Positions 1 to 8,700 of a stretch of 64,000 nucleotides of DNA are shown piece after piece. The stretch's first letter is position 1, and every line of letters starts with the position of its first letter. The notes under the pieces are model-generated. The model made no database searches, was not told where the DNA came from, and saw only the letters and a program-made list of their open reading frames with translations. Made by a program: the position numbers and the translations under genes. This stretch comes from a bacterium (GTDB taxonomy: Bacteria > Patescibacteriota > Minisyncoccia > Phycocordibacterales > UBA6899), in the NCBI GenBank assembly GCA_021851895.1, contig JAJZQJ010000001.1:135338-199337 (forward strand), written 5' to 3'.

Positions 1-474
1 TTCACTGCAGGTATCCCGAAGGAGAATGCGATCATCCCGGACAACGGATCGATTCTCGAGATCAGAGAGAACGGTACGAAGTTCGTGAAGCTTCCTGTCA
101 TGGCACCTAATGAAATGGTCGCCGTAGATGGATTCAATGTCGGCAATATCCAAGAGGCAGTCGTTCGCGATCGACAGATGCTCGCTTCCGATGGTATCGT
201 CGTGCTTGTTGCGACTGTCGATATGCAAACAGGAAAGATCATGAAGAGCCCCGACATCATCGCACGCGGATTCGTCTACGTGAGAGAGTCACATGAATTG
301 CTCAACCATGCTCGCCTCATCATCAAGAAGACGATCGAGGATGCATGCGGCAAGGATATGAATGGTGTAAACTTTGAATTCCTGAAGGAGGATCTCCGCG
401 ATAAGGTCGGGAAGTTCTTCTTCCAGAAAACGATGAAGCAACCAATGGTCATCCCCGTACTTCTCGGTATGTAA
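1..474 (+). CDS. rnj: Ribonuclease J (beta-CASP family) C-terminal portion; 5' end lies outside the window
   Basis: Frame 1 is open from nt 1 (FTAGIPKENAIIPDNGSILEIRENG...). The IPxxNxxIxxNG(D/S)xxEI motif and the following C-terminal domain resemble RNase J1/J2. Stop at 472-474. Confidence 0.6.
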   Translation, partial: FTAGIPKENAIIPDNGSILEIRENGTKFVKLPVMAPNEMVAVDGFNVGNIQEAVVRDRQMLASDGIVVLVATVDMQTGKIMKSPDIIARGFVYVRESHELLNHARLIIKKTIEDACGKDMNGVNFEFLKEDLRDKVGKFFFQKTMKQPMVIPVLLGM

Positions 475-570
475 AAACAGGCTTTGCCTGTTTTTATTTT
501 GCTGAATGCACTTATACACACCTCGATGACACTACCACTTGTTATATCTATAGTATGCTATTATATAGTC

Positions 571-1827
571 ATGGATCAGCCACAACAATTGGAACCTGAG
601 CATTTCTCCCGCGAGACTATCATGATCGCATCCGTAGGGGCCATCATCATCTTCATTGTTTTTTGGGCAGCGGTCACGATCATCAGAAAACGTCCGGTAC
701 CCGAACCAACGATGAAGACCTATACGATCTACGCGAGTGCTCCACTGCAATATGAGATCGGGAAATTCCCAATAGATGCTGCGCAGCTCGCATTCGACCA
801 AGAACTCAGTATAAAGAGAAACTTCATTCTTCGGTTTGTCCCCCTCGATGATTCATCGCTAGACGGAGGGTGGGATGAGACACGCCTTCGAGACAATCTC
901 AAGACAGCGATAAATGACCCAACGACCATAGCCTTCTTTGGACCGATCCTCAGCACTGCAGCAAAAGTTGCGATACCGATACTCAATGTGGAGGATATTC
1001 CGATGATCTCACCGACGAATTCATGGCCAGGGCTTACGAAACTCGGTTTCTCTATCGATGAGCCTGGGCGCTACTACCCTACTCAAAAAAGAAACTATGT
1101 ACGTTTCTCAACGACAGATGAACTAGAGCTTACCAACGCGGCTACTTGGGCAAAGTCACTCGGCTTTAAGACCGTCTCCATAACCGGCGACAAATCACTC
1201 GACCCCGCAACAACGCTCTTCTTTTCCAAGAGAGCCGAGGAATTGGGTATAAAGGTGAATTCGCGATCTTTCCTCGAAGAGAATACGACCATGAAGATCG
1301 CGCAAATGCTTGTCAAAGAAAAACCTGATCTTGTGTATCATCTCGGGGCGAACAGCACACTCTTCACCAAATTCATAAAAGATCTCCGACAGGCCGGCTA
1401 TCGTGGAAACGTAATGGTCAGCGACTCCGTCCTCAGTCAACAGCTCTTCGATGCGGCCACACCAGAGATGGAAGGCGTATATGTGACGTCAGTAAGTATC
1501 CCGATCGAGAAATTAGGAAATTCGCAATCCGAACGGTTTATTGATGCATACAAAGAACGCTTTAAGGCGGCGCCAGATACCTCCGCAGGAATGTCTTACG
1601 AATCGATGCGCATACTTTTGAGCGCGATCGACCAAAGTGATCAATCAAAGGATGGTGTCTTGCGCGCGCTCTTCGCAACGCACAACTTCCCGACGATGTA
1701 TGGTCCGATAACGATCGATAACAATGGAGATAACGTGAGTGGAAACATCGGCGGAAGCATCATTAGAAACGGTGCCATGGACTATGTCGGTATCATCGGT
1801 CATACACCGAACCTGCTCGAACAATAA
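571..1827 (+). CDS. Membrane-anchored type-I periplasmic-binding-protein fold protein (Leu/Ile/Val-binding LivJ-like, Peripla_BP_6 family); start chosen at internal ATG 571
   Basis: N-terminal TM helix (IMIASVGAIIIFIVFWAAVTII) followed by a PBP type-I-like domain (GPILSTAAKVAIPILN..., WPGLTKLGF, YVRFSTTD...). Paralog of 62300..63496. A TATTATAT -10-like box lies just upstream of 571. Terminator-like hairpin at 1829-1852. Confidence 0.55.
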   Translation: MDQPQQLEPEHFSRETIMIASVGAIIIFIVFWAAVTIIRKRPVPEPTMKTYTIYASAPLQYEIGKFPIDAAQLAFDQELSIKRNFILRFVPLDDSSLDGGWDETRLRDNLKTAINDPTTIAFFGPILSTAAKVAIPILNVEDIPMISPTNSWPGLTKLGFSIDEPGRYYPTQKRNYVRFSTTDELELTNAATWAKSLGFKTVSITGDKSLDPATTLFFSKRAEELGIKVNSRSFLEENTTMKIAQMLVKEKPDLVYHLGANSTLFTKFIKDLRQAGYRGNVMVSDSVLSQQLFDAATPEMEGVYVTSVSIPIEKLGNSQSERFIDAYKERFKAAPDTSAGMSYESMRILLSAIDQSDQSKDGVLRALFATHNFPTMYGPITIDNNGDNVSGNIGGSIIRNGAMDYVGIIGHTPNLLEQ

Positions 1828-1845
1828 AAACGGCCTCAGCCGTTT

Positions 1846-2640
1846 TTATTGTGGGAGATAAAGTGTTACCACTGGCATGCCGATAGCATAAGGACCTACC
1901 TGGTACTGATCGAAATAAAAAGTGATCTGATGCTCATAGGTCGTGAAGGACCTGAAGTTCTCGAGCTTCGGCGCTGCGCCTTCATGTATCCATTTCAGTT
2001 CGTAATCACTGATATCCTGCTGCATCGTCATACGTTTCCTATCCGCGATGAGCTCATCAATAGCTGAACTCGACACCTTATTTAGGTATTCAGGATCACC
2101 GCCATAAAGATCGGAGAGAGTGAGGAGACGGTGCTGCTTCATATCATAATTATAGGTCACGACATGCTCGCTTCCGTGTGCACCACCACTGAATTCATCA
2201 TAGCGAATGAGTAAGCTCATACGATCACCATCGAATTGCGTGATCGACCATGTTGCGTGTAACGGAAACTTTTCTGAGTCACTTGGAAACTGTGCAAACT
2301 CCCCCTTCTTGGACTCCGTCGCGATGCGTGCATTCCAGTTCTCCTTCGAGTTCTTCTCGTGTTGTGCGATCAATTCACCCATCATATTTTCGATCGGCGC
2401 GTTGATGACTGAAAGCTCACCCGTAAAATATGGGTAATCAATGGTTGTCACCGTATATGGTGATGTGCGATGGATCGCTACGTTCGAAACAGAAGGAATA
2501 CGCCCGCCGACATTGAGCGCATGGGCGATCGGAGAAACGGCGGATGTTCGCATCGCTCTTCCGTAAGCAAATGGAAGATAGAGACCAACAAAGGTAACGA
2601 GTATAAGTGAAATATAAACGGGGAGATATTGCTTATGCAT
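1846..2640 (-). CDS. Secreted/membrane-anchored DUF4163 + DUF3298 (RsiV/PdaC C-terminal-like) domain protein
   Basis: N-terminal hydrophobic segment. C-terminal ITFYFDQYQVGPYAIG motif typical of DUF3298. Paralog of the adjacent gene. Confidence 0.5.
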   Translation of the reverse strand: MHKQYLPVYISLILVTFVGLYLPFAYGRAMRTSAVSPIAHALNVGGRIPSVSNVAIHRTSPYTVTTIDYPYFTGELSVINAPIENMMGELIAQHEKNSKENWNARIATESKKGEFAQFPSDSEKFPLHATWSITQFDGDRMSLLIRYDEFSGGAHGSEHVVTYNYDMKQHRLLTLSDLYGGDPEYLNKVSSSAIDELIADRKRMTMQQDISDYELKWIHEGAAPKLENFRSFTTYEHQITFYFDQYQVGPYAIGMPVVTLYLPQ

Positions 2641-2682
2641 AAGATGATTATTCCATACTTTATGTTTTTTGAAAGCGGATCA

Positions 2683-3573
2683 TCATTGTCCAGGCATGAC
2701 ATAGACGACCTCTAGGGTGCCCTGTTCATATGCAGCCACCTGATATTGGCTAAAATAGAGGGTGATTCTCCCGTTGTCGACAGTAAACTCCTTGAAATTT
2801 CGTGGGTCCGGTGAGGTTCCCGCCTTCAGCCAACGCAACGCCGCATCACTCAGTTTCGCATTGAAGGCGCCTGAAAGCTGTTGCTTTAAGCTATCATAAG
2901 AGAATCCGGAGAGTTGATCGAGGTAGTTTGGGTCACCAGGAAACATGTCTGCGATCGCAAGTAAGCGATGTCCTCGAAGATCGTAATTGAATGTCTTCAC
3001 CTCATCGAGATCGTGAACACCGCCAGTCGCCCCATGTATACGCAAGAGCACACTGATACGATCCAGCCCGATCTCCGCGGGCTCCCATCGTATTCTAAGT
3101 AATAATTTCTCAGCTGAACTCGGCGTCCCCTGTGCGCTTGCCGCATTTCCAAGAGCATTCATCTTGGCGCTCCAGCTCTCGGTCGCAGTTCTCTCTTCAT
3201 CCGCAACGGCGCCCAGCACTGCGCCCTCGATCGCATTATTAAGATCGAGCGGTCCACGCACAAACTGCGGATAGGAGACATCACTTTTACTATAGGTGCC
3301 TTCTTTCACCTCAGCAACAATGCGGAGCATTGGGGTCACCGCCTGCCTCTTACTGAACATTGCGCTTGTATATGTCGCACCATTATTCTCATCGATGTAT
3401 GCGAAGTTAAGTGCAATCAGCACCCCAAACACCAATACAGCGACCGCGAACACCGCCTCCGCGATTTTTTGCTTATCCATGAGACAATTATCGCACATAC
3501 TATAATAATATGAAGTAAAGCTATACACAGCCATAATAATAGTTACCCACAGGCTCAAGTTGCAAACGAACAA
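2683..3573 (-). CDS. Paralogous DUF4163 + DUF3298 domain membrane-anchored protein
   Basis: N-terminal TM helix. C-terminal ITLYFSQYQVAAYEQG. Same architecture as 1846..2640. Confidence 0.5.
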   Translation of the reverse strand: MFVCNLSLWVTIIMAVYSFTSYYYSMCDNCLMDKQKIAEAVFAVAVLVFGVLIALNFAYIDENNGATYTSAMFSKRQAVTPMLRIVAEVKEGTYSKSDVSYPQFVRGPLDLNNAIEGAVLGAVADEERTATESWSAKMNALGNAASAQGTPSSAEKLLLRIRWEPAEIGLDRISVLLRIHGATGGVHDLDEVKTFNYDLRGHRLLAIADMFPGDPNYLDQLSGFSYDSLKQQLSGAFNAKLSDAALRWLKAGTSPDPRNFKEFTVDNGRITLYFSQYQVAAYEQGTLEVVYVMPGQ

Positions 3574-3587
3574 TTGTTCGCTATACT
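3567..3587 (+). promoter_or_regulatory. LexA operator (Cheo-type SOS box CGAACAATTGTTCG) abutting a TATACT -10 box upstream of lexA
   Basis: Perfect palindrome CGAACAATTGTTCG at 3567-3580, matching the Gram-positive-type LexA consensus CGAACnnnnGTTCG. It is immediately followed by CTATACT. The lexA ATG is at 3594. Confidence 0.6.
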
Positions 3588-3593
3588 AGAAAC

Positions 3594-4175
3594 ATGAGCA
3601 CACATGACGACGCGAAACATATTGCGCACCTAAAAGATTTTTATAGAAGACATGGGAGACTTCCCGCATATAAAGAACTCCTCTTTATCACAGGGTTCTC
3701 CTCGCGCGCCTCAGTGTTCGGCTTGATCAACCGTCTCTCGAAACAGCAATTCATCGCCAAAGACGACGAGGGACACCTCTCCCCCGGGCCACAATTCTTT
3801 GCGCGCCCAAAACTCGGCATCGTCGAAGCAGGCTTCGGATACGATGCTGACGAAATTCCTGACGATGCACATGCGATCGATGACTATTTGATCCAAAGAC
3901 CAGAGGCGACATTTCTTCTGACGGTAAAAGGTGAATCGATGATCGATGCAGGTATACTCCCCGGAGACATCGTTGTTGCAGAGCGCACAAGAGAGGCAAA
4001 GAATGGGGAGATCGTCGTCGCCGAAGTCGATGGCTCGTGGACGATGAAATACTACCGGAATGAGGCTGGTAAAATATTACTGATTCCCGCGAATCGCACG
4101 ATGAAGCCTTATTCTCCAAAGCAATCACTTTCCATCGCTGCAGTCGTACGTGGAGTAGTAAGAAAATACTCTTGA
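3594..4175 (+). CDS. lexA: LexA repressor (S24 peptidase family)
   Basis: N-terminal winged-helix region. C-terminal S24 autopeptidase with GESM serine motif and catalytic Lys (KGESMIDAGILPGDIVVAERT...GEIVVAEVDG...KYY). Own SOS box upstream. Confidence 0.85.
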   Translation: MSTHDDAKHIAHLKDFYRRHGRLPAYKELLFITGFSSRASVFGLINRLSKQQFIAKDDEGHLSPGPQFFARPKLGIVEAGFGYDADEIPDDAHAIDDYLIQRPEATFLLTVKGESMIDAGILPGDIVVAERTREAKNGEIVVAEVDGSWTMKYYRNEAGKILLIPANRTMKPYSPKQSLSIAAVVRGVVRKYS

Positions 4176-4178
4176 ACC

Positions 4179-4208
4179 GAGTCATGAGTTTAAGTCATGA
4201 GTCATGAG
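4179..4208. repeat. Left inverted-repeat arm (3x GTCATGA(G) heptamer array)
   Basis: Seen directly; exact reverse complement of 4584-4613. Confidence 0.8.
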
Positions 4209-4239
4209 ATAACCACAAAATAGTAATAGCATAAATACT

Positions 4240-4590
4240 ATGGAAAACTACGGCTTTAGAAAACTTATCATTTGGCAAAAATCGATGGATATTATTAGTG
4301 ATATATATAAGATGACAAAGAGTTTTCCAAAAGAAGAAATCTTTGCATTGACTTCCCAAATGCGCAGAGCTGCGGTATCTATACCCTCTAATATCGCCGA
4401 GGGTACAAGCAGAAAAACAAAGAATGACTATCAGCACTTCATGGCAATTACACGAGGGTCTTCACTGGAACTTGAAACGCAAATTGAAATCGCCCTTCGT
4501 TTAAGATATTGCACGGAAGCGCAAAGCTCGCCTTTACTAGAGAAAATTCATGAGATACAAAAGATATTGAATAAGTTATCACTCTCATGA
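4240..4590 (+). CDS. Four-helix-bundle protein of the 23S rRNA intervening-sequence protein family (PF05635/TIGR02436-like)
   Basis: 116 aa. MENYGFRKLIIWQKSMDIISDIYKMTKSFPKEE...SQMRRAAVSIPSNIAEG...LELETQIEIA matches the conserved IVS four-helix-bundle signature. Confidence 0.7.
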   Translation: MENYGFRKLIIWQKSMDIISDIYKMTKSFPKEEIFALTSQMRRAAVSIPSNIAEGTSRKTKNDYQHFMAITRGSSLELETQIEIALRLRYCTEAQSSPLLEKIHEIQKILNKLSLS

Positions 4591-4613
4591 CTCATGACTT
4601 AAACTCATGACTC
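4584..4613. repeat. Right inverted-repeat arm
   Basis: Exact reverse complement of 4179-4208. Confidence 0.8.
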
Positions 4614-5749
4614 GTTATATCCTCCACGGCGATGGCGATAACTTCTTCGCCTCCTGCCTCATCGCAAAGTACCCAAGCCTACGCGGCAAACCGCTCGTTG
4701 TTGGCGCAGAGCGCGGCATGGTGACCGCGCTTTCGATAGAAGCGAAGGCGATCGGGCTTGCTCGAGGAATGCCTATCTTCGAGGTGAGAGCGCGCTTCCC
4801 CGAAGCAGTCATACTCTCTGGAGACTATAAGCTCTTCGCTCAGGTATCGAGACGTATGCATAGCCTTATCGAGCAGACGACTGACGCCATTGAGAAATAT
4901 TCCATAGACGAATCTTTTGCGGATATCACTGAGGCCATAGAAAAACGTCGTTCCAGCCCAGAGATCATCGGCAAGGAGATCAAGGAGCGCACGTTTATAC
5001 AACTTGGAATACCTATATCATTTGGCATTGCTCCAACGAAAACCCTTGCAAAGCTCGTCTCTACATCAAGCAAGCCGAACGGATTTCGCGTCGCGATGAC
5101 CGACAAAGAACTCTCCCCTATCCTCTCTGAGGTTCCGATAGAGAAAGTATGGGGTATCGGCAGGCGCACCGCGATCAAGTTACGTGCGCGTGGTATTCTT
5201 ACTGCACTTGAATTACGCGACGCTCCGGTCGAAATACTCGCACACTTTGCAAGTCCGATCATCGACATCCAAAAGGAATTGCGCGGGACGATAGTGCACC
5301 CGATAAACAAAGAGGGGGCACTACAGCAGTCAATGATCTCGTCACTCTCATTCCCTGCCACCACAGACCGTACATTCATACACAAGGAATTCATTCGCCA
5401 TATCGAGCATGTCTGTGCGCGCCTACGAAAACACGAAGCAGTAGGACGTACATTTACCATTCACATCAAAAACAGTGCTCAGGAGTTGCGTAGTGAAACG
5501 TGTGTACTTCCACAACACGCAAACACACCAGGAACCTATATCGACCATTTTGAGAGACTCTTTACGCGGTTGATCAAAAAAGGTGAACGTGTGCGCACAA
5601 CGGGCATATGCATCAGTGACATCATACCTCAAAGCGCTGCAAATACCTCCCTCTTTGACCATCGCGATGTACGTGAGAACGAGATATACGCAACCCTCGA
5701 TCAACTGCACAAGCGTGGACTTGAAGTGAAAACAGGCACTGGGATTTAA
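4607..5749 (+). CDS. Y-family translesion DNA polymerase (UmuC/DinB-like)
   Basis: ILHGDGDNFFASC, YSIDESFADITE, GIAPTKTLAKL and VWGIGRR motifs match Y-family polymerases. Co-oriented downstream of lexA. The start ATG lies inside the right IR arm. Confidence 0.8.
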   Translation: MTRYILHGDGDNFFASCLIAKYPSLRGKPLVVGAERGMVTALSIEAKAIGLARGMPIFEVRARFPEAVILSGDYKLFAQVSRRMHSLIEQTTDAIEKYSIDESFADITEAIEKRRSSPEIIGKEIKERTFIQLGIPISFGIAPTKTLAKLVSTSSKPNGFRVAMTDKELSPILSEVPIEKVWGIGRRTAIKLRARGILTALELRDAPVEILAHFASPIIDIQKELRGTIVHPINKEGALQQSMISSLSFPATTDRTFIHKEFIRHIEHVCARLRKHEAVGRTFTIHIKNSAQELRSETCVLPQHANTPGTYIDHFERLFTRLIKKGERVRTTGICISDIIPQSAANTSLFDHRDVRENEIYATLDQLHKRGLEVKTGTGI

Positions 5750-5756
5750 AAAACGA

Positions 5757-5783
5757 AAACCCACCATATCATGGTGGGTTTTC
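5757..5783. terminator. Bidirectional rho-independent terminator between the polymerase gene and the giant gene
   Basis: AAAACCCACCATATCATGGTGGGTTTT hairpin with flanking A/T runs. Confidence 0.7.
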
Positions 5784-5789
5784 TATACA

Positions 5790-8700
5790 TCAGTTTGCAG
5801 AAACACTAATGAAGCCGTTATGCGTAAGTGGTTTCGTACCAAATGGGATATAAAGTCCGAAATAGAGATTATTGACCACTGGTGTTGTCGAAACTGGCTT
5901 CGGGAACGTCAAACTGAGTGGTGTTGTGCTTGTCGAGAGCGTCGTACAGAGCGTACAAGATGAGTAATCGAATGTCGATGTTGCAACCTTCTCATTATCA
6001 ACAGGAATCGTACTTCCTGTCGTTGTGAGGTCGGTTCCCGCAATATCGAGACCAAATTGCGCATTACCCGTATTCTGCAACGTCGCTGTCGGATTCGCAT
6101 ATGCTGGGGTCGTACTGCCGATATCGAGACTTCCGAAATCAACGTCCCCCGTAGTAAATGCGAGTGCTTTCAGCGTATTAAGTGTCGCATCCGCAGTTGC
6201 ATTGTCGTAGACATCTGCCATGTTATGCACATGTACTGCTGCAGTCCACATATCGCCTGCATAAGCACCGATATCCGTAGGCTCAGCGAAATACTGAAGG
6301 TCAGCCGTACACGTGAGCGTACACGAGATGCCCGCACAATCACTCAATGAACACTGCGTCTTCCCTCCGGTATAACAATTGTTGTCATTCGCCATACAAG
6401 ATTCACCGAGACTCTTGCGGAAGATCGTTCCTGTCGCAACTGGAGAGATATCCGTATAGCCACTGTAATCGGTCACTGTTCCCGTCGCCATGACGGTCGT
6501 CGTTCCTCCTTCATTGATAAGTGACAATGTCGGAGTAGTCCAATTCCAGTTCGAAATCTTCGGAGGATGTGAGACGGATGCCTCTGCGACCTTCGTATAT
6601 GAAACGAGACGATTTCCGTTGTCTGAGACACGGAAACAGTATGAAGGCTGAATAGCATTCGGAGTGATCTGCAGAGCATACTCAACCTCAGTGAAGAAGT
6701 TCTGGTTGATGTCGAGACCAGTCGTCTTATTCGACGGATCCTCGACGATGCGTCCAGTGACGAAATCAAGACCTTTCGGAGTAGAGAGTAACGGTGTCGT
6801 CGGATCTCCATCCATGAAGTATGTCGACGTCGACATACACACATCCTGTGTCGCACATGAACTTGCCGGGAGTACTGGTGTGTAATTTACGTCAGCCACC
6901 GACTCACAGTTCGGCGCAGCACCCTTGATCGCATAATCAAGTTCAAGCTGCTGATTGGTGAGTGGCGTTCCCGTATTCCTGATACTGAAGCGCAGGCGGA
7001 CCTTCTCTCCAAGAGATGCAGTACCATATGCCGTATTCTCTGGAGTGATCCACGATGCACCTCCATGCTGCTGTGGCGAGAGGACCGTAACTGTTGGCGT
7101 GCCCTTTACGAGCGGCGTTGCGGTCACATTGTCCCATCCACCATGCTGGTACCAATAGGAGAAACCTATACCTGAACCCGGATTGTAACTATCCGTCGCA
7201 GAGATGTTTGCCACTTGATTCCCATTCGGATCATAGAGCCATGCGGTGATCTTGCCTATCGCCTCCCAATCGATGCGCGCACTATACCAACCTGCGGTCG
7301 AAAGCGTAATGTCCTGTGAGGACACCTCCGCAGACGCATTCGGTATATATCCATCCTTCGTCGCATCCTTCACGAGGCGTACATTCTTTGCAGCCTGTTG
7401 TGGCGAGACACAGAATCCCCAGTTCGAGCCACTCGTCGAGTTCGCTCCAAATGTGAGACATGTATCGTCGTTCGATGTTCCATCGATATAGAGATTCTCT
7501 CTTATCGTGACCCCTGTGCCCACGACAGAACCTCGCGATACGCCCGCAGAGAGGTTTGCCATACCGAGCGTCTGACCTGTATCGGTCATCGCACGGAGGT
7601 ACTTCAGTCCGAGCTGTTCTAGTGGTGAGCGTGACGCCATGTCCACAGTCTTAAACGCGCCAGTATCACCGCTCATTCCCGTAAGACCTGATTCGCCATC
7701 GAAGAAGTAGGTGAACACATTCGCACCATTGGATGCCGCGGTGGCTGCCGAATTGCCATAGTAGACGTAGATATCACTTGCCGCATTCGCTGTGATCGTA
7801 GGTACCTTGACCCAGACATTCGCTTCGGCGGTCGTATAGGTATCTATCCAAAAAGGAATACTCGTCACGCCATCAGCTGCAGTAAATCGTATATCACGAT
7901 AATCTGCCTGCATCTGTGAGTGATACGGCAACTTCACAAGAACCGCGACATTTGATGCAGCCGAACTTGTGTTGTTCGTGATACTGACACGCTCGCGGTA
8001 TGGCCAGCTTGATGTCGCACCACCAAACCATTCACTATCGGGCACTGCTTCTGTTCCATCATCATGCCTCCACCTATAATAACGTTGATCGACGAACTGA
8101 CATGATGAATCATCCCATCGGAACGCACCGCAGTCACCTCCACCGTCGTTATCAAACGCCTCACCAGCGAGGTTTCCCGTCGCACTCATGAAGTTAAGTG
8201 CGTTTGTGCTCGTACCGTTAAGGTATGCGTTGACACCACTTGTATGCCCCACACCAAGCGCGAACATATCATTCGAGAGGATCGCACCTGCATTCATGTC
8301 GACGGTTGCACCATCGATCGATAGGATATTACCCGTGTCGACACCTGTTGCGAGATCCGCATCGTCGAGTGCGAGTATATGCGTATTTCCAAGAAGCTGG
8401 ATACCATTACCGGTCGTATTGCGCACCTTTAGGTATCGGCCCTCAAACGTTCCATCGGAAACAGTGAGGTCATAATTACCTGAAATCGACTGAACAGATG
8501 TCGTCGCCACGGACGTACCAACGATATGGAGTTCAGTGCCCGTATTCCACGTTCCAGAACTTCCTGGAGCGAAGCGTACATTCACCGTTCGTGATGCGAT
8601 CGGCGTTCCGTCGAAATTCGTGGTTGCTGACCAATAGTCCGCACCAGTATTTCTCACGTATTGACCATAGATCTGCAGTGCGCCATTTACATTCGCGTAG

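Larger units (their letters stand above)
4179..4613 (+). mobile_element. Inverted-repeat-bounded cassette carrying a four-helix-bundle (IVS-protein family) gene, inserted between lexA and the Y-family polymerase gene
   Basis: Perfect 30-bp inverted repeats GAGTCATGAGTTTAAGTCATGAGTCATGAG (4179-4208) and CTCATGACTCATGACTTAAACTCATGACTC (4584-4613) bracket ORF 4240..4590. The right arm contains both the cassette gene stop and the polymerase ATG. Confidence 0.45.

Noticed and set aside
484-570. N-terminal extension of the PBP gene (start at 484)
   Set aside because: The extension is a hydrophobic, odd-composition translation of the promoter region. The ATG at 571 with a TATTATAT box upstream is more plausible. 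The ambiguity is retained in the confidence.
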